Origin: an uncultured archaeon
GTDB lineage: Archaea > Thermoproteota > EX4484-205 > JAAOZP01
Assembly: GCA_938045545.1 (NCBI GenBank)
Contig: CALIBN010000011.1
Span: 1 to 60,456 of the forward strand
Length of the DNA stretch: 60,456 nt
Reading direction: 5' to 3'
Below, one piece after another: positions 1 to 9,756 of this stretch (position 1 is the first letter of the stretch; each line of letters starts with the position of its first letter). The notes below the pieces were generated by a model. The model saw nothing but the letters and a program-made list of their open reading frames with translations, was not told the DNA's origin and ran no database searches. The position numbers and the translations under genes are program-made.

Positions 1-587
1 AAAAACCTTGATTGAACGGGTATAACCATCCTGCCGCCCGGCTTCAACTGCTCTATGAGCGGCGGGGGAATCTTGGGTGCTGCCGCCGTAACGAGGATGC
101 GATCGTAAGGCGAAGCCTCCGGATACCCTTTAGAACCGTCGCCCTGAATGACCCTGATGACCCTGCTGAACCCGAGCCTCATGAAGTTGGACTCGGCGAA
201 CCTCACGAGACTACTGTTTATCTCAACAGTGTAAACCAACGGGTTGGGCGAGTCTAGGCCCGGACAAGTTAACACGGCGAGCGTAGCCGCGTGGTAACCG
301 CTTCCCGTGCCAACCTCCAGAATCCTGTCCCCCACTTGAACCTCGAGAAGCTCGTTCATAATGGCGACCATGTGGGGTGCTGAAATCGTCTGACCCGTGT
401 CCCCAAGCGGGAGAGGAATATCAGCGTAAGCATACTCCAGCTGGTTGGGCCAGACGAACTCGTGTCTAGGAACTCTGAGCATTGCCTGCCTCACCCTCTC
501 ACTCTTCACAACGCCTTCCGCGACGAGCTGTTCAACCATCCTCATCCTCTTCTCCAGAAAAGGGTCTCGCCCGACCGTTTCTCCCAT
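1..587 (-). CDS. pcm: Protein-L-isoaspartate O-methyltransferase (3' end runs off the window)
   Basis: Not in the ORF track. Manual minus-strand translation from ATG at 587 gives MGETVGRDPF...VPRHEFV...GQTISAPHMVAIM...ILEVGTGSGYHAA...GDGSKGYPEASPYDRILVTAAAPKIPPPLIEQLKPGGRMVIPV, which are the PCMT signature motifs. Confidence 0.95.
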   Translation of the reverse strand, partial: MGETVGRDPFLEKRMRMVEQLVAEGVVKSERVRQAMLRVPRHEFVWPNQLEYAYADIPLPLGDTGQTISAPHMVAIMNELLEVQVGDRILEVGTGSGYHAATLAVLTCPGLDSPNPLVYTVEINSSLVRFAESNFMRLGFSRVIRVIQGDGSKGYPEASPYDRILVTAAAPKIPPPLIEQLKPGGRMVIPVQSRF

Positions 588-635
588 CTCTGGAACAGTT
601 TTTATTAAACCCTTGGATAAAACGTTTTCAGGGAA

Positions 636-1058
636 ATGAGTAGGATAGTTGAAAAGGTGCATGGAAAAGGCCATCCGAACATAAGGGCTACGCACCCGAC
701 TACGCTCGCAGCCACCGTTGACCATGAGGTTAGTGTGGCCGGCGACTGCTTCCTGATGGTTTCCGCGGACAAGTCTCCCTCAACACTCTCAGAAGACTTT
801 AAGAACGCTGCCCGGAGGCGCGTGAAGATACTGGGCAGAATAATCGTCGGAGGCCTCGTAGACTTGTTCGAATGCTACGGTGACCCGAGCCTCACCTTTG
901 AAAACACGCGTACAATGGTTTTCAGAAAAAGCAGGTATATTTGCAGCAAAACAGTAGGGATTGAAAGCAGCAAGAGTGCGAGAGACATAGATCGGAGAAT
1001 CGTTAAAATGCTCCGGAATGGGGCTGAAGCCCTTATTGAGCTAACAGTCTTAGAGTAA
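636..1058 (+). CDS. DUF371-family conserved archaeal protein
   Basis: GHPNIRATHPTT...GDC and VFRKSRYICSKT..I.SSKSARDIDR motifs typical of DUF371. Confidence 0.8.
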   Translation: MSRIVEKVHGKGHPNIRATHPTTLAATVDHEVSVAGDCFLMVSADKSPSTLSEDFKNAARRRVKILGRIIVGGLVDLFECYGDPSLTFENTRTMVFRKSRYICSKTVGIESSKSARDIDRRIVKMLRNGAEALIELTVLE

Positions 1059-1081
1059 ACCAGAGAAAAGCCGGTTTTAAA

Positions 1082-2155
1082 CTATCTTTCACGCTCGCCT
1101 CGTGCGAACTCCAGGAACCTCTGCTTAGCCTCCTCATAGGGCATTTGAACAGGAGGATGCTTAAAGCAGTATGCTGAAACACTGATCAAGGGGCCGCTAA
1201 CACCCCTGTCTAAAGCAATCTTAACGCCTCTTAACGCATCTATTATTACCCCGGCACTGTTAGGAGAGTCTATTACTGAAAGCTTAAGATCTATGGTTAA
1301 GGGTGCACCGCCGAAATACCTGCCTTTAATCCATATGTAGCATATTTTCTCGTTCTCCAGGAAAGGCACATAGTCGCTCGGCCCTATGCGGAGCGGCATC
1401 TCGTAGGGGGACATCGCCCTGACGGCTGAAGTCTTACTCTCCCTCTTGGAGGCGAGCCTCTGCTGCTCCAGCATGTTTAGAAAATCAGTGTCCCCACCTA
1501 TGTTCAGCTGGTAGGACTCGTCTACTTTAACACCCCTGTCGACGAGAAGCTTGATCAGCGTCTTATGGAGAACAGTCGCGCCAAGCTGGCTCATAACGTC
1601 GTCACCCGCTATCGGCAACCCTTTTTCAGCAAACCTTGTCTGCCACTCGGCTGATGAAGCTATGAACGTAGGCATGGCGTTCACGAAGGCTATGCCAGCC
1701 TCCAGTGCCGACTTAGCGTAGAAGCGGCTGCCGTTCTCGCTGCCAACAGGAAGATAGTTCACCAGAATATCTGCCTTAGAGGACTTCAACTCCTCAACCA
1801 CATCCACTTCCCTCTCGTCTGAGAACTCTATTACCTCCTTCAGATACCTGCCGACACCGTCTAGGACAGGCCCCTTCTTAACTGTAACACCAGTTTTAGG
1901 CACATCCTGAAACCTAATAGTGTTGTTCGGCTTCTCGAATATTGCTTCACCAAGGTCTCTACCAACCTTCCTCTTGTTAATGTCAAAGGCGGCTACAAAC
2001 TCTATGTCCCCAGGCCCGTATCCCCCGACAATTGGATGCGCTAAGCCAACCGGGTCTCCCTTCTCCCGGTAGTAGTATACTCCTTGGACGAGCGCGGAGG
2101 CGCAGTTTCCGACGCCGGCTATTGCTACTCTGATCCTTCCCATGGTGAAAAACAA
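1082..2155 (-). CDS. ino1: myo-inositol-1-phosphate synthase
   Basis: VAIAGVGNCASALVQG, NYLPVGS, GDD..SQLGAT, QLNIGGDTDFLNM, SKRESKT and DSPNSAG motifs. Confidence 0.95.
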   Translation of the reverse strand: MFFTMGRIRVAIAGVGNCASALVQGVYYYREKGDPVGLAHPIVGGYGPGDIEFVAAFDINKRKVGRDLGEAIFEKPNNTIRFQDVPKTGVTVKKGPVLDGVGRYLKEVIEFSDEREVDVVEELKSSKADILVNYLPVGSENGSRFYAKSALEAGIAFVNAMPTFIASSAEWQTRFAEKGLPIAGDDVMSQLGATVLHKTLIKLLVDRGVKVDESYQLNIGGDTDFLNMLEQQRLASKRESKTSAVRAMSPYEMPLRIGPSDYVPFLENEKICYIWIKGRYFGGAPLTIDLKLSVIDSPNSAGVIIDALRGVKIALDRGVSGPLISVSAYCFKHPPVQMPYEEAKQRFLEFARGERER

Positions 2156-2212
2156 TACATATTTTACCTTTATAAAATTAACTGGCTGCTCTGAAACCGG
2201 GAAAACCCTAGG

Positions 2213-2719
2213 CTACTTCAGCTTCAAACCGCATTTCCTACAGTAGCGCATCCCTTCAGAAACCGGGGCGCCACACCTGGGGCAGAAACCAATTATCTCA
2301 CCAACCTTCTCAGGCTTCTCCTCCTTTTCCAAGGCCTCCTCCTCAAGAGGCTCATAAGCCTCCTCGGCCGGAGCCTCCTCTTCATACGCTTGCTCTAAAC
2401 CTGCTTTCTCCTTTTCAACAGTCTCAGCCTCTTCCCAACTGTAAGCAGCCTCAGCCTCATGGTAAGCAGCCTCCTTCTGGCCGCCTTCTTCAACAGCCTC
2501 GCTTTGAACAGTCTCGGCCGGAGCAATTATTCTTCTTCTCGGCTTAATTAAAATCGAAACCACCACGACTATTATACCCGTCCAGAAGACAGTCGTCGTC
2601 AAGTACTTATAAGTTGCCTCATCCACAAGCTCTTCGAAAGGGTTTTGCGGAATCGTTTGAAAATACAGGCCTACGGCTATCAGCAGTACACCGGCAGCCA
2701 GTACATTAGTTTTGTTCAA
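2213..2719 (-). CDS. Membrane protein with acidic linker and C-terminal zinc ribbon
   Basis: Two hydrophobic helices, an E/A-rich linker and CPRCG...CRKCG. Confidence 0.7.
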   Translation of the reverse strand: MNKTNVLAAGVLLIAVGLYFQTIPQNPFEELVDEATYKYLTTTVFWTGIIVVVVSILIKPRRRIIAPAETVQSEAVEEGGQKEAAYHEAEAAYSWEEAETVEKEKAGLEQAYEEEAPAEEAYEPLEEEALEKEEKPEKVGEIIGFCPRCGAPVSEGMRYCRKCGLKLK

Positions 2720-2791
2720 CTCAAACGTTTTTACACTGTCAGTAGGTAATTAACTTTTTCGACACCCTGCTAAACACAAGGCTGACACGTT

Positions 2792-3193
2792 TTAAAACAA
2801 TCCTAAGGGCCTTTTTAAAACAGCTATTACAGTGAGGATAATGCAAGCTATGCTTAGAGCCAGCTCCGCCGGGGAAACCAGGCCTTGGACTGCTGCGAAG
2901 TATAATGGTGGCGAAACTCCTGCAATCCCGATGACGACCCCCACTATGAAAGCGTAGCGAGCAATTTTCCTAAGCCTCGAATCAAACATCAGCCCTGTTA
3001 AGGAACCGGTGGTCAGAATTCCTGCGATAACCAGATTATAGGTTTCGCCTCCCGATATCACTGGGGAGAGCAGGTAGAGTATTGAGAGGACAAGCATGGG
3101 CCAGAGGCCTAGAAGCCTGCTGCTAAGACTTACTTTCCCCTGTGAAACTTTTCCTCCAGCATTCTCCCTTCCAGTCAACATTAAGCTCCTCAC
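2792..3193 (-). CDS. Hypothetical membrane protein (about 4 TM helices)
   Basis: Hydrophobic segments; co-oriented in the polB1-Gfo run. Confidence 0.55.
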   Translation of the reverse strand: MRSLMLTGRENAGGKVSQGKVSLSSRLLGLWPMLVLSILYLLSPVISGGETYNLVIAGILTTGSLTGLMFDSRLRKIARYAFIVGVVIGIAGVSPPLYFAAVQGLVSPAELALSIACIILTVIAVLKRPLGLF

Positions 3194-3204
3194 TCAACAG
3201 TTTT

Positions 3205-4188
3205 TTAAAAAGGTTGCGTCACTATGTTGACAACGTTGCCTGTTTCAGAGGATTTGAAGCTCGATTCAACTATCGCCAAGGCTTTAACAGCATCCTCCTC
3301 TCCGGGGCTGGGATTTGAGCCGTTAACTATGCATTCTAGGAAGTGTTTCAGCTCGTGCCTAAGCGGCTCGCTCCACTCTGAGAACGGTGTTATCCTATCG
3401 TCTTTAGAGCTCAGCGTCACTTGCTGAGACACCAGGTCTGCCTCAATCACTCCCTCCGAACCTATTATCTCTAGGCTCCTTATCTTGAAGGGCGTAAGCC
3501 AGTTAGCCTGGATTATAGCCATCTTCTCCGCTTTAAAAGTCAAGATGAGCGTGGCATAATCCTCGTGAATCCTGTGCATCGATCTCCCCACCTTAGCATA
3601 GACCTTCAAAGGATCTTCTGAGAAAACATGCCTCATCAAGTCTATATCGTGTATCGCAGTGTCCAGCAGCACTCCTAAATCAGTTATTCTCTCAGGCCAC
3701 CTTCTGACGCGCGTCGCTGAAGCCATTATTATCTCCCCAACCGCTCCTTCGGCAACATAATTCTTAACCATGCTCACCGCCGGGTTAAACCTCTCAATAA
3801 ACCCGACCATGAGCTTTACGCGTTCCCTCCTAGCCTGGTTGATGATTTCAAAGGCTTCTCTAAGATCCCGGGTGAACGGTTTTTCGATAAGCAGATACTT
3901 GAAGTTCTTAAGGATGAGCTGCAAAGCCACCTCCTTGTGAGTGAAGGTTGGAGTCGAGACTACTGCACCGTCGTAAACGTTCTCAGGTATTTCTGAGACG
4001 CTGGAGTAATAGGGCACGTTGTAAAGCCTGCCGTATGTGCTGGCCTTCTCGACATCTATGTCGCACACTCCTCCTAATCCCCCGAGTTCAGCGAGAACTC
4101 TGACATGGTTTTTCCCGAAGCCGCCCGTGCCGACGACGATCACCTTAGGCTTCTCCCTATTCAGGGTCAACAGTCCCCACCGTTTCAC
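3205..4188 (-). CDS. Gfo/Idh/MocA-family oxidoreductase
   Basis: VVGTGGFGKNH Rossmann motif, LIEKP, VGFIERFNPA and DTAIHDID. Confidence 0.9.
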   Translation of the reverse strand: MKRWGLLTLNREKPKVIVVGTGGFGKNHVRVLAELGGLGGVCDIDVEKASTYGRLYNVPYYSSVSEIPENVYDGAVVSTPTFTHKEVALQLILKNFKYLLIEKPFTRDLREAFEIINQARRERVKLMVGFIERFNPAVSMVKNYVAEGAVGEIIMASATRVRRWPERITDLGVLLDTAIHDIDLMRHVFSEDPLKVYAKVGRSMHRIHEDYATLILTFKAEKMAIIQANWLTPFKIRSLEIIGSEGVIEADLVSQQVTLSSKDDRITPFSEWSEPLRHELKHFLECIVNGSNPSPGEEDAVKALAIVESSFKSSETGNVVNIVTQPF

Positions 4189-6638
4189 ATGAAGTCTTTA
4201 AGCTTTAGGCTCCTTCTTGGCGGCTCGATCTCTATGCCCAGCGGGTCTAGAACCTGCTCGAAAGTAGCCTTCATAACGCTCAAGTATTTCTCCAAGTCTA
4301 TCTCCTCTATTCTAGCCATTCTAACTGGTTTAACCCCTGTTTTAACCTTGACGTAAGATATTATGTCCCCCGCCCTCGCCTTGACGCCAAGCTCCCTCTC
4401 AAGCTGCTTAGCCGCCTTAACGTGTTGAGGAGTATTCTTATCATAATTGTCCACAGGCTTACTCAGCATGACGTCGAAAGCAAGCTCCTCAAGGCTAAGC
4501 TGCCTGTTCATAAGTTTCTCAACATAATCGTTCATCATTCTTTTTATGCTTGCCACAGCGGAGTTGAACTCCTCCTCATTCCTAACCTTGCTGAGAATGC
4601 TGATCATGTCGTGGAAAGCTTGTTTCACAAACTTCGGGGTTGAGCTTTTCTTACCAACCAGGCCCTTTATGTCGACGTTACCGTCCTCCGTCACACCTAG
4701 GTAGTTCTTCTTCCGCTGGCTGAAAACTCCGTAGCGGTAAACCTTATCGATGTTAAGCTCAATACTATACTTGTTCCTGACTAACTCGATGAGTTTCTCC
4801 ACTTCCTCTGGCTTAGGGTTTCTCAGAAATATTGAGTCAGTGTCTCCGTAGACAACCTCTATTCCTAGGGCTTTAGCGGTTTCAACGAGCTCCGTGAAAA
4901 TACCTCTACCTATCCATGTTACTGTTTCAGCTGCGCAGGGAGCGTAGAAGTGGAATGAATCAGCCCCCATAACCCCGTAGCTAGCGTTTATAAATACTTT
5001 TATTGCTCTCTGCACAACATCGTAGAAAGACCGCTTCTCCTCATCCCTTGTTTTCTTCGCAAGAGGCTGATAGTACTTGACGCGTAGCTCCCTGAGGGCC
5101 CCTATCACGGAGCTTTCAATCCCTTTTCTCTTCCTGCAGATCCAGTGTGGGGAATTCATTGGCGCGTTGCTTCTACACTCATCATGCCCGCATCTAACTG
5201 TTTCATAGCTTATGTTGAAATTCATTATTATGCTTGGATACAGGGAGGCGAAGTCGAGAACGATAAGGTTAAAATAGAGACCCGGCTTAGGCTCAAGAAC
5301 TATTGCACCCCTGTACTTCTTACCTTTAATTATCGCTTCAGACACCTTTGCGCTTTTAAACTGCAGAATATCCTCCTGCCGGGGTATCAGGTAATTGTTC
5401 CTCCTATGTATACTCAGAAGCATGCTTTTAATCCATGTTGAAACACCATGCCTAACAACATCCTCCAATGGAAGCCTGCTTATCCTCATGAAGAGGACAA
5501 GCAGCTTAAGAAGAAGATAGTTCTTGTTGGCGATAAGGTCGAAAGTTATCTCAGCGTCTCTGAAACAGTATTCAGCAAGCTCCCTAGGCTTAAGCATTCC
5601 AATATCCTCCTCTAAAGCTATCTTACCTTTTCCAACTAACGCTTTCCCAATAGCGTCAAGCGTAGCCTCCTTGTAAACACCGCCGTAAGCATAGTTCTGA
5701 ATAGACTTGTTGAAGAAAACCCTGTAAAGATCGATGTGAACCCCATAAACCAGGTCCACATAGTCCCGCCCCTTCTCCAACGGCATTTTCCCCTCGACGG
5801 AGAGCCTGCTTGCCCTATTGTAGAGATAAAGCAGGTCAAACTTATCCCCGTTGAAAGTGACTATTACAGGGTACTTTCTGATCTCCTTTAAAACCTCTGA
5901 CAGCAGCCTCTTCTCGTCGGATACGTGAATAATCTTCTTAACCCCGTCGTCCTCCTCACCGTCAAAACCATCCAAGACATAGACTTTCGGAGCCCCCGTA
6001 TTAGGCTTGAATGCGACGGCTATCACCGGATCCTCAGCCTTGTTAGCGTCAGGCACATGGTTCGGTCCAGGAGGTTTAACCTCTATATCTATGGAGGACA
6101 GTTTCACAAAGGGTATCGGCTGGTTAAGCGTGTCGACAAGCTCCTTAATCTCCAGGTAATTGGATACAGGCAGCTTAAGAGTGTCTTCCAAGGCTGCTTC
6201 AACAGGCTGCTCAACCAGCCTACCGTCGACAATAGAGTAGTAGAGCCCAGGCTTCTTCCCAGTATCGTAAATATAGCACCATACATAGTGGATATCAGCC
6301 TCCCACGCTCTGCTAACGATCTCTCTTATGGATGTTGCTGTCCCGCCTATTGACAGGGGGTCCTTAGCAATAATCTTCCTGAAAACCTTCTCCCTGTCGT
6401 CAAGCAAATCATACTTCTTAACTTCCTCAATCCTGTCGAAGCCATGGTGACCCACCAACTGAGGATTATTCATCAACTCCTCCATGCTCAGATCAGTCAA
6501 CAAGTAGGGCTGGTGGTTTTCACTTGAAGGAAACAAGATGATCTCCTGGGTTTCAGGATCGTAAAGCTTTAAAACTATTCTTCTAGCCTCCCCGTCGTAA
6601 GAGGCGGAAACCAGCATAAGGTTCCTTCTCACACTCAT
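4185..6638 (-). CDS. polB1: Family B DNA polymerase, PolB1 type
   Basis: Exonuclease motifs DIEV, TFNGDKFD and YCFRDA; polymerase motifs DFASLYPSII, KVFINASYG and YGDTDS; PolB1-like NISYETVRC.H.EC...HWIC segment. Confidence 0.93.
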   Translation of the reverse strand: MSVRRNLMLVSASYDGEARRIVLKLYDPETQEIILFPSSENHQPYLLTDLSMEELMNNPQLVGHHGFDRIEEVKKYDLLDDREKVFRKIIAKDPLSIGGTATSIREIVSRAWEADIHYVWCYIYDTGKKPGLYYSIVDGRLVEQPVEAALEDTLKLPVSNYLEIKELVDTLNQPIPFVKLSSIDIEVKPPGPNHVPDANKAEDPVIAVAFKPNTGAPKVYVLDGFDGEEDDGVKKIIHVSDEKRLLSEVLKEIRKYPVIVTFNGDKFDLLYLYNRASRLSVEGKMPLEKGRDYVDLVYGVHIDLYRVFFNKSIQNYAYGGVYKEATLDAIGKALVGKGKIALEEDIGMLKPRELAEYCFRDAEITFDLIANKNYLLLKLLVLFMRISRLPLEDVVRHGVSTWIKSMLLSIHRRNNYLIPRQEDILQFKSAKVSEAIIKGKKYRGAIVLEPKPGLYFNLIVLDFASLYPSIIMNFNISYETVRCGHDECRSNAPMNSPHWICRKRKGIESSVIGALRELRVKYYQPLAKKTRDEEKRSFYDVVQRAIKVFINASYGVMGADSFHFYAPCAAETVTWIGRGIFTELVETAKALGIEVVYGDTDSIFLRNPKPEEVEKLIELVRNKYSIELNIDKVYRYGVFSQRKKNYLGVTEDGNVDIKGLVGKKSSTPKFVKQAFHDMISILSKVRNEEEFNSAVASIKRMMNDYVEKLMNRQLSLEELAFDVMLSKPVDNYDKNTPQHVKAAKQLERELGVKARAGDIISYVKVKTGVKPVRMARIEEIDLEKYLSVMKATFEQVLDPLGIEIEPPRRSLKLKDFM

Positions 6639-6721
6639 CCTGCTTTCCCTTCGCTAAATAAATGTCTTCCACAACACTATATAGGTTTATTTCCCGCTTA
6701 GAAGCATGTGTTACGAGGCTA

Positions 6722-7021
6722 ATGCCGGTTAAGGAGTATAGGGTTAGATACGTGGTAGTTAAAACGGGAAACACCCCCCCTGAAGACCGCAGGAGGCTCG
6801 TCGAAATCTTGAGGAACGAGTGTGAAAAACACCAGTCGGGTTTGCGTTTCAAAGTGGTCCGTGAAAAAGGAGATATTCTCGTCGCCAAGTGCTCCCATAA
6901 AGCAGTACCACCGATCAGGAGCCTCTTAACCAGGCTTGCCGCAAGCCCGGCTTTTTCCGGCGTTCAGCTGATCGGCGTTTCAGGCACCTTGAAGAAGGCT
7001 GTCCGCAAGTTCTGTCCATAA
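6722..7021 (+). CDS. pop5: RNase P protein subunit Pop5 (Rpp14/Pop5 family)
   Basis: N-terminal RVRYVVV and C-terminal GVSGTLKKA motifs; position upstream of psmA as in the archaeal exosome superoperon. Start moved to ATG at 6722. Confidence 0.75.
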   Translation: MPVKEYRVRYVVVKTGNTPPEDRRRLVEILRNECEKHQSGLRFKVVREKGDILVAKCSHKAVPPIRSLLTRLAASPAFSGVQLIGVSGTLKKAVRKFCP

Positions 7022-7099
7022 TAGAAATAGAGTGGGGCAAGGATTGTAGCTGAAAAAGCCCTGTGATGCCTCGGAGGAAGCCGCTCGCACTTTGGCTTC

Positions 7100-7731
7100 C
7101 TAAACCTCTATCCTCCTACTCGCTAAAAACTCGTTCATCTTATCCTCGTTTAAGAGCATTGCCTCAACTTTCACCATAGCATTGACTCTTTTTAAGATCT
7201 CTTCAATTACCTGTTCATCATTCATTCCAGTTGAGTCGAAAGTGGTTATGAAGAAGATTTTAGAATTCGCATCTATTTTAACCTTAAAACCATGTTCCTC
7301 GCTAACTCTTTTAGCTAACTCTTCAGCCCATATAGAAAGCCTCGCAAAATATCCAACAGCTCCTTTGAGATGTTTCTTAAACTTCTTCTGCCCGAAGTCT
7401 TCAACGATCCTCCTCTCCTCCCATGCCTGCTCGTAGATTTTCTTCCTTCCTCCTCAGTCTTAGTCTTCCTAAGCCTTCGCTCGTATTTGTTGGCAAACAA
7501 CGCTTCTCTTATTCCCTCGTTAGTATATATTGGACCAGAGCCAACTACGAGATTTCCATCTTTATATGCAGTGATGCTTATTCCGTAGTCATGGTATCCA
7601 TAAGAAGGCGGCCAAAAGGTCATTGTCCATTTCTCGGTGGGGGCAGGTGTATGAAGCTTAAATTCCTTAGGATTGATATTAAACTTTTCTATCAATAAAC
7701 TCCTCAGCTTCTCAATCAGGCTTTCGCTCAT
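7100..7731 (-). pseudogene. Frameshifted hypothetical protein, candidate immunity/partner protein
   Basis: ORF 7315-7731 degenerates after KTKTEEE. Another frame continues from ~7450 as RKKIYEQAWEERRIVEDFGQKKFKKHLKGAVGYFARLSIWAEELAKRVSEEHGFKVKID...FLASRRIEV* (TAG at 7100-7102). Confidence 0.6.
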
Positions 7732-8309
7732 TTTTTAACCTCCACATTTTCAATATCGCTCCTCGTGTAGACTTCTATCTTTATTCCCAAAGAAGATTTA
7801 TCTCCGACGAGGACATCCACCGGATTATAGGAGAAGCCTATTGCAATGCCGTATGGAACGTTCTTATAGCTGTCGAGCTTTATGTGTTCCTTAAGGTCTT
7901 CAAATGTACCCTCGTGCATATCCCCCCATACTTTTTCCAAGTCCACCTTCCTCACCGTTGACTCTACTTCTATTATCGCCATCACCTCACCCTTCTTAAA
8001 CACCACCTCCTCGTTAATCATAATATCTTCTTTAGCCTTTACGATCCCATCGACTTCCTTTTTACCAGGCTCTGCAACGTACATAAGGTCAACTTTATCC
8101 TCGAGTACGTTAGTCGATATGCCGGTTTTCTCCGAAAACTTCATGAGGATATCCCTTTTATAGCTCATTCCTTTTTCTTCATATCCCTCGATCACAATGC
8201 GTGCCCCGGCCTCTCCTATTTTATTTGCTGCTTTACTGTAGCTACCAGCCTCGATTATCTCGTGGAGGAGGCGGGGTATCGTATCCTTTATAGAGACTAT
8301 CTTATCCAT
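7728..8309 (-). CDS. Hypothetical protein with PD-(D/E)xK-like nuclease motif pattern
   Basis: NKIGEAGA...VDLMY...IIEVEST spacing resembles a restriction-endonuclease fold; ATGA overlap with the downstream gene. Confidence 0.5.
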   Translation of the reverse strand: MDKIVSIKDTIPRLLHEIIEAGSYSKAANKIGEAGARIVIEGYEEKGMSYKRDILMKFSEKTGISTNVLEDKVDLMYVAEPGKKEVDGIVKAKEDIMINEEVVFKKGEVMAIIEVESTVRKVDLEKVWGDMHEGTFEDLKEHIKLDSYKNVPYGIAIGFSYNPVDVLVGDKSSLGIKIEVYTRSDIENVEVKK

Positions 8310-9046
8310 TCTATTTTGCTCGCACCCTCGGTACCGTAATTACGAGCCTACTGGTTCCGCTGACAGTCAGCGAGAATTTACCAACGGAAGATTTATATAC
8401 ATCGTTCTTCGGCCGGCTCGGAGAGCGGCATTCGAGAGCAAATTCTTTTTTGAATCGGGCGGATAAAGCTCATTACGGTACCTTGAGGAGCAACGATGGC
8501 TCGTCCAGAGTTCTTCACTCACCAGCAGGTAAACGAATGCTTACCTCGGGTAAACATCTGCCAACCGTATTCTGTGACTCACACCGCCCAGGTTTCAAAC
8601 CTTAACGCCTTTAGCGTGCCGCCGCCATTTGAAATCCGATCTTTACTTCCCCATAACCTTGATTCATTAACTTCTTCCCACCATATTAGAAGGGGATTCA
8701 GGTATTATTTTTATGACGTGCGCAAGCGAAAATTTGCGCTCGCAGCCAGCAAAAATTTCCGACAGAAAGGCTTATATACCGATTCCATCTCAGCCCCGAA
8801 GCCCAGGCTACTTAACGCTTAACGCGGGAAACGCTCTCAAGACGATTTCCATCTCGCTTTGAGATCGACCTGCGGCAGTGAGTCCCCTGGGACAGCCGGA
8901 ACGCGTTTAACGAGTTCTTTAACCCTAAGCCCTTCCTAGGCATTTCAGACACCTTAAGGAAGACGCGGCAAGCTACTGCGACACGGATGGCAGAGTAGGG
9001 CAAAGATTATAAAGGGACGGTTAACCCCTTATCCCGAGAAGAAGTA

Positions 9047-9751
9047 ATGATACCCGGCTACGAAAGACTATACGGATTCTCACCCGACGGGCGTATACTC
9101 CAAGTCGATTACGCGATGGTTATGGTTAATAATAGTCCGACTGCGTGGGGGATTCAGGTTGAGGAGGGCATTGTGCTGGCGGGTTTGGAGAAGAAGATTG
9201 ATACGCTTCAGGATAGGACTTTCAGCCAGAAGCTGTTTCAGATCGACGAGCATATTGCTACGGTGGTTGCTGGTTTTAACTCGGATGCGAGGCTTCTGGT
9301 GGAGTATGCTAGAAATGAGGCTCAGGTTAACAGGCTTCTTTACGATGAGCCGGTTGACGTTGAGTTTCTCGTGAGGAGGCTTAGTAATACTGTCCAGTCG
9401 TATACGCAGCATGCTGGGATGAGGCCTTTCGGAATCTCTATGCTTATTGGGGGGGTTGACATGGTTGGTGCAAGTCTGTACCAGCTCGACCCTACTGGGA
9501 TATATTTCAAGTATTTCGCGTCGGCAATCGGCGTGGGTAGGGAGGACATATTGAAATATTTTAGGGATAATTATTCTATCAGCGTGAGCCTAGACGAAGC
9601 GATAACGCTGGGTATACGGGGAAGCATAGAGGTTTTGAAGGATGAGGTTGCTCCCGACAGGCTTAGAATCGGCATAATCAGGACTGACGATAAGAAGTTC
9701 AGGGTTTTAAGCTTCGAGGAGACTAAGAAGTTCTTCGAGAAGGCGAAGTAG
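9047..9751 (+). CDS. psmA: Proteasome alpha subunit
   Basis: GYERLYGFSPDGRILQVDYA, YTQHAGMRPFGISMLIGGVD and DPTG. Confidence 0.95.
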   Translation: MIPGYERLYGFSPDGRILQVDYAMVMVNNSPTAWGIQVEEGIVLAGLEKKIDTLQDRTFSQKLFQIDEHIATVVAGFNSDARLLVEYARNEAQVNRLLYDEPVDVEFLVRRLSNTVQSYTQHAGMRPFGISMLIGGVDMVGASLYQLDPTGIYFKYFASAIGVGREDILKYFRDNYSISVSLDEAITLGIRGSIEVLKDEVAPDRLRIGIIRTDDKKFRVLSFEETKKFFEKAK

Positions 9752-9756
9752 CGGAA

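Larger units (their letters stand above)
7029..9011. mobile_element. ~2 kb inserted cassette between pop5 and psmA
   Basis: Flanked by the imperfect direct repeat agagtggggcaaggattgta (7029-7048) / agagtagggcaaagattata (8992-9011), 17/20 identical; the cargo genes face opposite to the host operon. Confidence 0.55.

Noticed and set aside
2330-2520. Repeated gcctc/agcctc motifs
   Set aside because: They reflect the Glu/Ala-rich low-complexity linker of the encoded protein, not a DNA-level repeat element.
8700-9000. RNase P RNA near pop5 (acagaaaggcttat resembles the CR-V motif)
   Set aside because: The spacing is wrong and no matching GAGGAAnnUC CR-I is present; the motif is better read as BRE/TATA.
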